The notes under the pieces were generated by a model. The model searched no databases and was not told where the DNA came from. It worked only from the letters and a program-made list of their open reading frames with translations. This document shows positions 19,774 through 30,072 of a DNA stretch of 64,000 bases, in pieces (within the stretch, counting starts at the first letter, position 1; each line of letters opens with the position of its first letter). The translations under genes and the position numbers were made by a program. The stretch spans positions 62,001-126,000 of the IMG/VR virus record IMGVR_UViG_3300023313_000001; one strand, written 5' to 3'.

Positions 19774-20736
19774 ATGAAGAAGTGGACAGATATTGCACAA
19801 TTTACTCATGTAGTTAAGTACGTGAGGACACATTATAGCAATCTACCAACATTGTTGTTTAGAGGAACTGTAAAATTGCACGGATCCAATGCAGGTATTC
19901 GCAGAGAGAATGGAGTATATTACGCTCAAGGTCGAAATAGAATGTTAGCGATAGGTGACGATAACTATGGTTTTGCTGCTTGGCTAGACAATAAACTTAA
20001 AGGTGATGCATTTAAACTGAATTTAGATATAATGTTTGACAGCATCCAAGAATCAGAACATGATGTAATTACAGTATTCGGAGAGTGGTGTGGGAAGGGC
20101 ATACAGTCCATAGTGGCAATATCAGACTTACCATCTAAAAAATTTGTAATTTTTGCTGCCCATGTGAACGATCGATATGTGGAAAACACTAAATCATTAA
20201 ATATTCCCGATGATGACATCGCTAACGTATTGGACGCTGGAGCGTGCTTTGTTGGAATAGATTTTAACAACCCAGCTGCTTCGTTAGAAGATATTGAAAA
20301 AATGACGATGGCGGTGGATGCACAGTGTCCATTTGGCATGATCTACGGGATCGATGGTATAGGAGAAGGTCTAGTATGGTCATGTGTTGAGTTGCCTATA
20401 AATACTGATCTGATGTTTAAATCTAAAGGTCCTAGTCATGTAGGTAGTAAAAAAACACGAAAGATTGTAACAGTAGACCCCGAAAAACTCGCAAAGATTT
20501 CTGATGTGGTGGAGCACGTCCTACCAGATTGGCGATTACAGCAAGGATTTGAACATGTTGACAAGTTAGATATAACTTGTACAGGCCAGTACTTAAAATG
20601 GATTGGGCAAGATGTAAAGAAAGAAGAAACGGATACTCTGGAGGTAAACGATTTGGTATGGACTGATATAGCTAAACAGGTAAATCTCCGTGCTAAAGAG
20701 CATTTCATGCAGAGTTTAAATGCTAGTATATTTTAA
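19774..20736 (+). CDS. RNA ligase (Rnl2-like nucleotidyltransferase)
   Basis: Motif I TVKLHGSN, FGEWCGKGIQ, GEGLVW, FKSKG; start chosen after GGAGA RBS. Confidence 0.8.
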   Translation: MKKWTDIAQFTHVVKYVRTHYSNLPTLLFRGTVKLHGSNAGIRRENGVYYAQGRNRMLAIGDDNYGFAAWLDNKLKGDAFKLNLDIMFDSIQESEHDVITVFGEWCGKGIQSIVAISDLPSKKFVIFAAHVNDRYVENTKSLNIPDDDIANVLDAGACFVGIDFNNPAASLEDIEKMTMAVDAQCPFGMIYGIDGIGEGLVWSCVELPINTDLMFKSKGPSHVGSKKTRKIVTVDPEKLAKISDVVEHVLPDWRLQQGFEHVDKLDITCTGQYLKWIGQDVKKEETDTLEVNDLVWTDIAKQVNLRAKEHFMQSLNASIF

Positions 20737-20772
20737 ACTCGTAATTTTAACAATTATTATAAGGTAATACCA

Positions 20773-21057
20773 ATGGACTACAAACGTAAGTTACGTACCC
20801 CACACAAACGACATCAAGCTACAGAGATCGATGTTGACCACGTTATTAGATATTTATCCAGGCAATTCAGACAGCGAACAGAGTCCTACGGCAGATTCAC
20901 TGCAGTAAAGGGAACAGAGTTGTATGACCTTCAGGTAAATTTTTCGTATTTGTTAGACAGCATCAAGCGTGGTCCTACCTATCATGCGAGTAAGGTTATA
21001 GCTATCACGAATGATTTCTTAGATAAAATTAAACCTAGTCCATCTCGCGTCCATTAA
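20773..21057 (+). CDS. hypothetical protein
   Basis: AAGG RBS, contiguous ORF. Confidence 0.55.
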   Translation: MDYKRKLRTPHKRHQATEIDVDHVIRYLSRQFRQRTESYGRFTAVKGTELYDLQVNFSYLLDSIKRGPTYHASKVIAITNDFLDKIKPSPSRVH

Positions 21058-21086
21058 CTACTAGCGAGTCTTTAATAAATACCAAT

Positions 21087-21635
21087 ATGAAGGTATTGGA
21101 CTTGTTCGGAACACTACATACACGTCGATCTGTACAACCATTATTAGGTGAACAGATCGACGTTATCAGACATAAATGCTCTCAATTTATTGTGGAGTCT
21201 AAAGGAGTGCCTGTATATAAGTGTTTGGATAAGATATGTACATTTACTAAATTGAAAGCTAGGGTAAAAAAACGTAGTGATACCTTTTCTGAGTCGTTCA
21301 ATAATGCGTTTGCACCAAAACTCAGACAACGAGCTATATACGCTCATGGTGGGTTATCTGAATCACTAACTCCGTCATATTACATCTTTCCCATAAATGG
21401 ATATAAGTATGTATTCAACACCCAGATTGAAAACTCTTCGATATATGAAACTGTTTATAACCATATAGACAGTGATGAATTGTTTGCAGAATTACTCCAA
21501 CACAGTTACTCAAACACCAACTTAGTTGAAGGAATCAAATCTGGCTCAGAAATTTTATTCCATAATATTCCATGTTGCTATGCTATCAATACTCAAGCGT
21601 ATGAGCAGTATGATGAGTTGTTGTCTATTCTGTAA
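21087..21635 (+). CDS. hypothetical protein
   Basis: AATAAATA late-promoter-like motif at 21074-21081; ORF fills region. Confidence 0.6.
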   Translation: MKVLDLFGTLHTRRSVQPLLGEQIDVIRHKCSQFIVESKGVPVYKCLDKICTFTKLKARVKKRSDTFSESFNNAFAPKLRQRAIYAHGGLSESLTPSYYIFPINGYKYVFNTQIENSSIYETVYNHIDSDELFAELLQHSYSNTNLVEGIKSGSEILFHNIPCCYAINTQAYEQYDELLSIL

Positions 21636-21671
21636 GTCTTTCGTATAGTCTACAACTACGGGAGTAAATAT

Positions 21672-21872
21672 ATGACATATGTATCACACCTATTCATGCC
21701 TCAAGAGACCATTCATGCCATTATCAAAAAATATAATACCACTGAACTATCTAGGAGTCAGTTAACTGAGATGATGGACTGGTTCAATAATGAAAATGGA
21801 CTATCGGTGCCAAGAGTAGGTCAACGATACAAAATCCCTGTTAACAACTCATTAACTCAACATAAGGAATAA
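21672..21872 (+). CDS. small LysM-like protein
   Basis: ETIHAIIKKYN...N.L...VGQRYKIP resembles the LysM consensus. Confidence 0.45.
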   Translation: MTYVSHLFMPQETIHAIIKKYNTTELSRSQLTEMMDWFNNENGLSVPRVGQRYKIPVNNSLTQHKE

Positions 21873-21874
21873 AT

Positions 21875-22228
21875 ATGGACAAGTCAGAAATTTTTAAAGA
21901 CATAGTAAAACACAATCGCATTGTATCATTGCGTATGGTAACAGGAGAAGAAGTTATTGCTCGAGTGCAAAATGTTTACGATAGCTACATAACTATAGAC
22001 CAACCTCGTGTGTTAATTGCTGAATTGCGACGTAAACCAGATGGTACTCCGTTTATGGCTGCTAACATACTAAACTGGTTGAATGCTGATCCTGATAATA
22101 ATTGTAACGTATGTTATACAGATATTGTCACGATAATTGTGCCTGATGGTGGAATAGAGTCTGAGTACATCAGATTTACTACAGGAATCGAGTTGGCAGA
22201 GTCTGCTAACAATAAAATTATTACATAA
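21875..22228 (+). CDS. hypothetical protein, Sm-like fold
   Basis: IVSLRMVTGEEVIARV resembles small Sm-like proteins of T4-like phages. Confidence 0.45.
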   Translation: MDKSEIFKDIVKHNRIVSLRMVTGEEVIARVQNVYDSYITIDQPRVLIAELRRKPDGTPFMAANILNWLNADPDNNCNVCYTDIVTIIVPDGGIESEYIRFTTGIELAESANNKIIT

Positions 22229-22237
22229 GGATGAACC

Positions 22238-23221
22238 ATGAGTATAGTAGTTTACCAATGCGACACGTGCAATAGAGATATCGATATTGTCCGTAACGAA
22301 CACGGATTAGATACCATTAATAGGTGTGTTATTACTCATGGGTGTAAAGGAACTCTTCATCAAATTCAAGAACGTCCTACTGGAGTTCGGGGGACACCCA
22401 CTGAAGATGTTGATGGACTAGATAATTTTAGACAACGAAATATTCTGCATGTACACGATCAGACATTGTCGTCATCGTCTTGGACAGTTAATCATAACTT
22501 GAATACAGATCCGTCAAGCCATGTTTATATCCATACTATTGCGCTAGATGGCAACAGATCGACTAAGTTAGTAGATCCAGAGACATATGTGGTAACGTAT
22601 ATTGATGCTGATACTAGTGTGATAGAGTTTGCCTCTGCTACTACTGGGGTAGTCCATTCTGTGGCGAGATCTTCTAACCCAGCAGATGATCAAGTTAAAC
22701 TAGCAGATCCAATATTTGTGCAGGTATCAGCTAATGCAATATTGACAATTGCTACAGCAGAGTTTAGTGGACAAAGTGTGATCCAAATGATGAGTTTTAT
22801 TTCTCCATCTACTGGGTCGGTTGTTGTAACTCCTGTAGAGTTTACTGCACATAAGGATGACACTACAAGTGAAATTGCCTTGTTTAATACCCCTTGGCAA
22901 GATACAGATACTGTACTAGCAAACGGTCAACCGTATAAGGTACGTAGTGTGCGGATAAGTGACATAATACAGTCACAAAACATAGAGCCTGGATCTCCTT
23001 TTTTCTTCAATAACCCATCAGATTTCATCTTATTGCTATCAACAGCTCCCTACGAGTCCAGTGTGGATCATAACTTAAATTCCACAGTATTGCCAGAAGA
23101 TATCATCTCATCTGGAACTGTGTTCAACTCACATGTATTAAATGATGAGTTACACGTTGATGGTATCACCACTACAGAGTATCATCCAGCCATTAAAATT
23201 ATTACTACTATTTTTGGATAA
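22238..23221 (+). CDS. putative virion protein with N-terminal Zn motif and WxVxHNL module
   Basis: CDTC...C...GC; WTVNHNLN motif shared with tail-region proteins. Confidence 0.5.
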   Translation: MSIVVYQCDTCNRDIDIVRNEHGLDTINRCVITHGCKGTLHQIQERPTGVRGTPTEDVDGLDNFRQRNILHVHDQTLSSSSWTVNHNLNTDPSSHVYIHTIALDGNRSTKLVDPETYVVTYIDADTSVIEFASATTGVVHSVARSSNPADDQVKLADPIFVQVSANAILTIATAEFSGQSVIQMMSFISPSTGSVVVTPVEFTAHKDDTTSEIALFNTPWQDTDTVLANGQPYKVRSVRISDIIQSQNIEPGSPFFFNNPSDFILLLSTAPYESSVDHNLNSTVLPEDIISSGTVFNSHVLNDELHVDGITTTEYHPAIKIITTIFG

Positions 23222-23230
23222 TATTGCCTT

Positions 23231-24589
23231 ATGACTACATCGATAGATACCACTTACGAAAAACAAAAGATTCTAGTAGAGAGTTTATTAGCATCTCCCG
23301 ACTTGTTTATGTTATGCTCAAATATAATAAGTTCTGCGTATTTCATGCCTGAGTTTAAAAACACTGTGGACTTTATCCAAGAGTACTATGGAATGTATAA
23401 CAGTCTACCATCCATTAAAGTCATCAAGGCTGAGACTGGTGTAGTGTTAGACGTAGCTGAAAAACTACTGTTAGATGAATTCGACTATGCAGCTAACGAG
23501 ATTGAATCGTTCTGTAAAGAGAAAGCGGTACTCAATGAGGTGTTGGATGCAGGGAAATACATTGATTCTGGAGATTTCGGAACACTAGTGGAACGATTGG
23601 AGGCTGCAGTGTTGATCTCGTTGCAACGAGATCTCGGAACTAATGTTATGGATGATGTTGCAGCTAGAATAGAGTCGCGAAAAAATAGTAGACAACCCAT
23701 TTCCACAGGGTGGCCTAATGTGGATAAGATATTGGGCGGAGGACTTCAACGCACTGAATTGCTTATGTGTTCAGCAAACTCTGGTGGTGGAAAATCTGTA
23801 ATGTTAGGAAATTTAGCGTTAAATTTCGTACAACAAGGACATGACGTCTTGTATGTATCTTTAGAGTTGAATGAAGACATGGTGTCTGATCGGATAGAAA
23901 CGATGATCACTGCTAGAGGTAGAGAGGAAAAGTTTAACAGAATAGCTGAAACAGCAACTGAGGTAGAACAGTTCAGTTCTGAGAACGGAGCAACAATATA
24001 TGTAAAATATATGGATGCTGAATCAAATTCAAACGATATCAGGGCATACCTGAAAGAATTCGAATTATGTTACAATAAAGTTCCGACACTACTTATTGTA
24101 GATTACTTAGACATCTTTGGAACAAATGAGCGTCAGCCATTTTCTAGTGTATATGATAAAGATAAAGCGTCATCTACCCAGTTACGTGCAATTGGTAATA
24201 ATCCTCATTATAACATGGTCATGGCTACTGCGTCTCAACAAAACCGAACAGCAGTGAATGAGGTTCAAATGAATCATAGTCATATAGCTGGAGGATTAAG
24301 TAAAATTAATATTGTTGATATATACTTATCAATTATTATGACAGATGCAATGAGAGCTGAAGGAGTGGCAGATTTTGCATTTCTTAAAACAAGATCCTCA
24401 GGCGGAGTTGGAGAGTCGGCTCATATGAGTTGGGATCCGATAGCGTTGAAGTTCGACAGCCTAGATCGTACGTCGATAAATACTAGTGTAGCCAACACTA
24501 CAGCACGGCAACCTGAATCTACAGATAAATCTTCAAGGAATATCGTCGAAACTGGTGGTGAGTTGTTGAGTTTAATGGATTTTGAATAG
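23231..24589 (+). CDS. replicative DNA helicase (T4 gp41/DnaB-like)
   Basis: ISTGWPNVD, Walker A ANSGGGKS, SLEL, Walker B IVDYLD, TASQQNR, KTR. Confidence 0.92.
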   Translation: MTTSIDTTYEKQKILVESLLASPDLFMLCSNIISSAYFMPEFKNTVDFIQEYYGMYNSLPSIKVIKAETGVVLDVAEKLLLDEFDYAANEIESFCKEKAVLNEVLDAGKYIDSGDFGTLVERLEAAVLISLQRDLGTNVMDDVAARIESRKNSRQPISTGWPNVDKILGGGLQRTELLMCSANSGGGKSVMLGNLALNFVQQGHDVLYVSLELNEDMVSDRIETMITARGREEKFNRIAETATEVEQFSSENGATIYVKYMDAESNSNDIRAYLKEFELCYNKVPTLLIVDYLDIFGTNERQPFSSVYDKDKASSTQLRAIGNNPHYNMVMATASQQNRTAVNEVQMNHSHIAGGLSKINIVDIYLSIIMTDAMRAEGVADFAFLKTRSSGGVGESAHMSWDPIALKFDSLDRTSINTSVANTTARQPESTDKSSRNIVETGGELLSLMDFE

Positions 24590-24630
24590 TTTAATATAAA
24601 CATACATAATATAATTTTTAGGAGAACATA

Positions 24631-24897
24631 ATGGAAACAATTAATATAGATAATGAAACGATTCGTGTAGCAGATTTACCGAATGGACTACAAAATATGG
24701 TAATACTGTATGAAAAGGTAGTGCAGGCAGAAATAGACGCTCGTGTGGAGTTAGCAATTCAAGAAGCTGCTAAAGTCGAAATCACACGCAGAGTAGTTAC
24801 TGGGTATCGTGAATATAAAGAGTCTGATAAAGCAGAGGATCTAACACCAACTGAAGCAGCAGAGGATGCAGTTGATGAAACCACACCAGCTGTGTAA
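24631..24897 (+). CDS. hypothetical protein
   Basis: AGGAG RBS; short coiled-coil. Confidence 0.6.
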   Translation: METINIDNETIRVADLPNGLQNMVILYEKVVQAEIDARVELAIQEAAKVEITRRVVTGYREYKESDKAEDLTPTEAAEDAVDETTPAV

Positions 24898-25171
24898 TAT
24901 CACATACACTAAATCAGCAGATGAAGTAACTGAACGTACCATTATTCCGGTGTCAGTTCCGTCCAAAGTGGTGTTTTCTATTGATGTATCTGATCTATCT
25001 AAGGAAGATGCTGACAAAATGTTGAAACTATATCTGAAATATGAGCAGTATCGAGATCGGCATATGTCTATGCTGTTTAATTTTACTGAGTGGGCGGATC
25101 ATACAAACCCATCGATTGATACTAATACAATTAAGTATAGATCGTTCTCTGTCAATAAAATTGCAGAATAG
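24866..25171 (+). CDS. hypothetical protein, possibly WYL-like
   Basis: ITYTKSADEVTERTIIP resembles the start of WYL-type SH3 folds. Confidence 0.4.
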   Translation: MQLMKPHQLCNITYTKSADEVTERTIIPVSVPSKVVFSIDVSDLSKEDADKMLKLYLKYEQYRDRHMSMLFNFTEWADHTNPSIDTNTIKYRSFSVNKIAE

Positions 25172-25195
25172 TCTTAGTTGGTGTAGTGAGACATT

Positions 25196-25223
25196 AAAAA
25201 AGGCTGCTTTTGCAGCCTTTTTT
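25196..25223. terminator. bidirectional intrinsic terminator
   Basis: AAAAAAGGCTGC-TTTT-GCAGCCTTTTTT. Confidence 0.85.
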
Positions 25224-25232
25224 AATGTCTGT

Positions 25233-25240
25233 AATAAATA
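25233..25240 (+). promoter_or_regulatory. T4-like late promoter
   Basis: AATAAATA just after the terminator and ahead of the 25296 cluster. Confidence 0.55.
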
Positions 25241-25295
25241 CATTTACATATATGTGTGCAACTTAATTCATAAATAACATAACAGTGAGAATCAT

Positions 25296-25514
25296 ATGAC
25301 CCTAGATGAAATATTAGTAGAAACTGCTGCAGCTGGCTCGATTGGTGGTCATTCGGTAGCTGGTGGAAGAAATTCCTTGTTTGGCGGGAAAGGAGTGTCG
25401 TCAAGTATGCTAAGACGAATGACCCCTGCAGGTGGATCTATTCTCAAGTTAAATAGTAAGAAACGTAAAAAGGTTGCAGGTATCCCCGTAATAAACTTTG
25501 AAAGTGAGGCTTAA
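25296..25514 (+). CDS. small basic hypothetical protein (possible head-internal)
   Basis: MTLDEILVET start; follows late promoter. Confidence 0.55.
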   Translation: MTLDEILVETAAAGSIGGHSVAGGRNSLFGGKGVSSSMLRRMTPAGGSILKLNSKKRKKVAGIPVINFESEA

Positions 25515-25516
25515 TA

Positions 25517-26557
<1,041 letters not shown>

Positions 26558-26558
26558 T

Positions 26559-27455
26559 ATGAATAACATGGAATTTACTGCAGGTACAGATCCTGTACGA
26601 CAGGAACGTTCAAACGAAGGTGCAGATGCTCTCATCCAGGGGATCTTAACTAATATTTTAGGAGCTTCTCCGTCTGCAACTAGTAGAATATTGAACATGC
26701 TCAACTCCAGCGGAGAAGGAATGGCTGTGCGTCAACATGTAAAGGTATTGTCGTTGACTGCACATTCCAAGTTAAATCAAGTGTTAGATATGTTGGATTC
26801 CCCAGATGATATGGATGATATGGATGATATGGATGATATGGATGATATGGATGATATGGATGATATGGATTCCCCAGACGATATGGACGATATGGATGAT
26901 ATGGATGATATGGATGATATGGATGATATGGATGATATGGATGATATGGATGATTCCCCATTGTCTGGACCAGATGACCCACGTAATCCCAATATGATGG
27001 ATCATTCTGGATTGCGTCCCCAGGATAATTCTTCTTGGAATCCTGAGGATAATCTCGATGATAGTCGACGTGACAGAATGAGAGCTCCAGATGTGGCTGA
27101 CGTAGATGACTACTCAGCTGAAGCTAGACAAGATCGCATACGAGAGTCTAAGTCGTTTATTGGGTATCTGTTGAATGAAATGAACGATGAGAAAGTAGAT
27201 GCTGAGTTGGCAGCAATGGGAGATGATACAGATGCTGATCTAGATCCAGCAACGCTGCGGAGAGTGCAACAGGCACAAAAAAGTGGAAATACAGACGCTG
27301 CAAATAAATTACGCCAACAGGGCCTCCGCAGGAAGCGAGCTTCAACTCCAAAGCAGCCTGAAAGTCCAACTTCGTTACAAGTAATGAGGAAGAAGCAGGA
27401 GTTGGCAGATGCGGTCAAACGTGATAGAGCAGCCCAACAACGGAGATCCCAATGA
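26559..27455 (+). CDS. hypothetical protein with Asp-Asp-Met tandem repeat
   Basis: Open frame through the repeat; IRES and LNE motifs before a basic C-terminus. Confidence 0.6.
   Translation: MNNMEFTAGTDPVRQERSNEGADALIQGILTNILGASPSATSRILNMLNSSGEGMAVRQHVKVLSLTAHSKLNQVLDMLDSPDDMDDMDDMDDMDDMDDMDDMDSPDDMDDMDDMDDMDDMDDMDDMDDMDDSPLSGPDDPRNPNMMDHSGLRPQDNSSWNPEDNLDDSRRDRMRAPDVADVDDYSAEARQDRIRESKSFIGYLLNEMNDEKVDAELAAMGDDTDADLDPATLRRVQQAQKSGNTDAANKLRQQGLRRKRASTPKQPESPTSLQVMRKKQELADAVKRDRAAQQRRSQ
26796..26960 (+). repeat. 9-bp tandem repeat GATGATATG, organised as DSP(DDM)7 DSP(DDM)8 DDSP
   Basis: Directly visible; only two units use GAC in place of GAT. Confidence 0.95.
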
Positions 27456-28405
27456 GTTTAATAACATATTTACACAATAACAGTGCTGATGTTGAGATTA
27501 TCAGTGATTATGAATACAACAATCTGGACGAAGGAGCTCAACGGGCTTTTCGTAGAGTAGCAAATAATATTACACAGTATTATCGGTGCACATCTGGTCC
27601 AAAAAAAGGTAAATTGGCTAGTGATCCATCTAAGTGTGGTCAACGGAAAGATCCAGCCAAAGTACGCCACGGAAGACGTGTTGCTAAACAAAAAGGTGCT
27701 ATTAGAGTGCGAAAGACTATTGCTAGAAAACGTACTCAGGTGTCTAAACGAGTGACCAAATTGAATAGAGTGTTAAAAAGCAGACGGGCTGGCGGAACGA
27801 GAAAGCCCAAGAAACTTGGAGAATCGTTTATAGAATACTTAATCAACGGTGCACTCATCAACGAAAGTAAAAAACATAGAACAGATGACAGTATACCTAC
27901 TCGTCAAGAAATTATAGACGATGTAGTTGAGCATGGTCCTGATTCCGAATGGTTGTTTCTTATACCATATAAAGATTTAGAGCAACTAGTTACCTCAGGA
28001 AAATTGGACGAGGACATATACATGCATTGGGATAATGTCCAGGAAGATATGAGAATAATGCGGGCTGATGCTGCAGCTGAGTTCGGAGAGTCTGTAGTGG
28101 AGACCACTGTGGATATGATAATGGAGAGTATCCACTCAGAGGGAGATATGACTAAGTTTATGCACGATATTAAAATGGCAACTGATTTAAGTACAGTACT
28201 TGACGGTCCTAGATTAGATCACATTTTACAAACTAATGGATATAGTGATAAACAAATTGTCGATGTTGCACAAGTGAGGTACAAAATTGAAGGTACTACA
28301 GTATCACTTATTGTAACTTTTCGGTATAAAGATGGCACAGAGCACGATAAACATGGTACAGTGTATTTAACGAGCGATGGCAGACAATGGAACGCAAAAC
28401 TCTAA
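27452..28405 (+). CDS. hypothetical protein with basic central domain (possible head-internal DNA-binding protein)
   Basis: Arg/Lys-rich YRCTSGPKKG...KC segment bounded by LDE and GES/INE motifs. Confidence 0.6.
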   Translation: MSLITYLHNNSADVEIISDYEYNNLDEGAQRAFRRVANNITQYYRCTSGPKKGKLASDPSKCGQRKDPAKVRHGRRVAKQKGAIRVRKTIARKRTQVSKRVTKLNRVLKSRRAGGTRKPKKLGESFIEYLINGALINESKKHRTDDSIPTRQEIIDDVVEHGPDSEWLFLIPYKDLEQLVTSGKLDEDIYMHWDNVQEDMRIMRADAAAEFGESVVETTVDMIMESIHSEGDMTKFMHDIKMATDLSTVLDGPRLDHILQTNGYSDKQIVDVAQVRYKIEGTTVSLIVTFRYKDGTEHDKHGTVYLTSDGRQWNAKL

Positions 28406-28406
28406 T

Positions 28407-29072
28407 ATGTTTAATCATATAAACACACCAGAGTTTGTTGAGTTAGATGCAAAAATAAAACGTGGTCAACGTTGGTATACTACTCCAACAGGTGATCAAT
28501 ACCCATCTGTTACCACAGTATTGAGTAATCAGAAGAAGGCTGGGTTAGAAGCTTGGAAGCAAGCATTAGGTCCGAAAAAAGCCCTACGAGAGACCGCACG
28601 TTGTGCTGATAGGGGTACTGCCGTCCATACCATGATTGAAAACTTCATTGAAAACATGGAAATGCCAGACATAATTAAAGACCAGGAATATTCTAATGTT
28701 CGAGTGTTCAACCAGATGAAGACTCGGTTGAAAAAGATAAACAATGTTAGAGTTCAGGAAGTTCCATTATACAGCAATCGATTAAAACTTGCAGGTAGGG
28801 TAGATTGTGTAGCAGAGTATAATGGAGTACTATCCATAATAGATTTCAAGACATCGAACAATACTAAATATGGCGATATGGTTGAAGACTATTTTTTACA
28901 ATGCACTGCATATGCAATAATGTATAGTGAAATGTTTGAAGAGGCTATTGAAGACATTGTTGTTATAATTGGTGTAGAAAAAGGATTAGCTCCAATGCTA
29001 TACCGAAAAAAGATAGACAATTATGTTGCACCATTACTGAAACGTATTCGAACATTTTATAACGAGAATTAA
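28407..29072 (+). CDS. PD-(D/E)XK exonuclease (lambda-exonuclease-like)
   Basis: YPSVTTVL, RGTAVH, LAGRVDC, IIDFKTS, YFLQCTAY. Confidence 0.85.
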   Translation: MFNHINTPEFVELDAKIKRGQRWYTTPTGDQYPSVTTVLSNQKKAGLEAWKQALGPKKALRETARCADRGTAVHTMIENFIENMEMPDIIKDQEYSNVRVFNQMKTRLKKINNVRVQEVPLYSNRLKLAGRVDCVAEYNGVLSIIDFKTSNNTKYGDMVEDYFLQCTAYAIMYSEMFEEAIEDIVVIIGVEKGLAPMLYRKKIDNYVAPLLKRIRTFYNEN

Positions 29073-29073
29073 T

Positions 29074-30072
29074 ATGAACATTATTGAAAAAGTCCAGGGA
29101 TCCGCTACTAGTATAAGTTATAGTGACATCACACACCTGGAGCAAACGTTTCGCCAAAAAGGGTTAGGAAAGTTTCCTGAAAACATCTTGGTTCAAGGGA
29201 TCAATTATCACTATCATGAATCTACTAACTATGGTTGGGAAGATTTGATTCAAGCAAAAAAGAAAGCTATATCTATTTTTACAGTAACACCATCCAAAGA
29301 TAACTTAGCCAGATTTAAGCAATTTGAGACAGAGGATGCAGATGATGTGAACCATCCAAAACGACGATTAGTGTTAATGTGGGATGTCAATCGAGACATG
29401 AAAATTGTTCCTACTGCTGCCAGATTTATGACAAGATATCGTGAGATGCATGTCTCTTCACATGGATTTAATGAAAGTATAGAGTTAGGATTTACTGGAC
29501 AAATTGTAATTAATAATATCAACGGAAACCAACCAATTCCGTGTAAAATAGATACAGGAGCAGATATGTGCTCATTGCATGCAGAGAATGTAGATATTCA
29601 AAATGGTTCTGTAACATTCATTATTAACGGAAAACAGTATAGAATGCCAGTGTCTGGGTCTCAAACAGTAAAGCAAGCTGATAGCAATCAGGAAACAAGA
29701 CCCACAGTGAAGTTTGATATAGAGCTGTCTGGTCAGACTATTTCGGGTGTGGAGTGTAATCTTAATGACCGTACTGGAATGTCCCCTATGTTGGTTGGTA
29801 AGAATTTGTTAGCTAAGGGTGATTTTATCATCAATACAAACTTAACTGAAGGGTACGTAGAACCTCCGATGACAGAAGATGATTGGTCTCATATTACTGC
29901 ATTGTTGGAGCATGTGACAGCTCCAGAACCAACCCATGTATCGAATGTTCACCAAGAAGATATTGATAATATTTTACATTATATGTTAGAGACTGATTGT
30001 TCTATGAAAGATTTGATTTATTATATTCAATTGAATGCTATAACCACACTAAATGAAGATGTGACATATTAA
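29074..30072 (+). CDS. retropepsin-like aspartic protease (RimK-associated type) with N- and C-terminal extensions
   Basis: CKIDTGADMCSLHA and LNDR...PMLVGKN.L motifs. Confidence 0.75.
   Translation: MNIIEKVQGSATSISYSDITHLEQTFRQKGLGKFPENILVQGINYHYHESTNYGWEDLIQAKKKAISIFTVTPSKDNLARFKQFETEDADDVNHPKRRLVLMWDVNRDMKIVPTAARFMTRYREMHVSSHGFNESIELGFTGQIVINNINGNQPIPCKIDTGADMCSLHAENVDIQNGSVTFIINGKQYRMPVSGSQTVKQADSNQETRPTVKFDIELSGQTISGVECNLNDRTGMSPMLVGKNLLAKGDFIINTNLTEGYVEPPMTEDDWSHITALLEHVTAPEPTHVSNVHQEDIDNILHYMLETDCSMKDLIYYIQLNAITTLNEDVTY

Noticed and set aside
26796-26960. CRISPR array
   Set aside because: Contiguous 9-bp units with no spacers, inside an open reading frame
26701-27005. Overlapping ORFs with HPY, SSI, IIH and IWM repeats
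   Set aside because: Alternative-frame readings of the GATGATATG repeat; no RBS or independent support
28407-29072. Cas4 / CRISPR adaptation nuclease
   Set aside because: Lacks the four-Cys Fe-S arrangement and has no cas neighbours; fits a generic phage PD-(D/E)XK exonuclease
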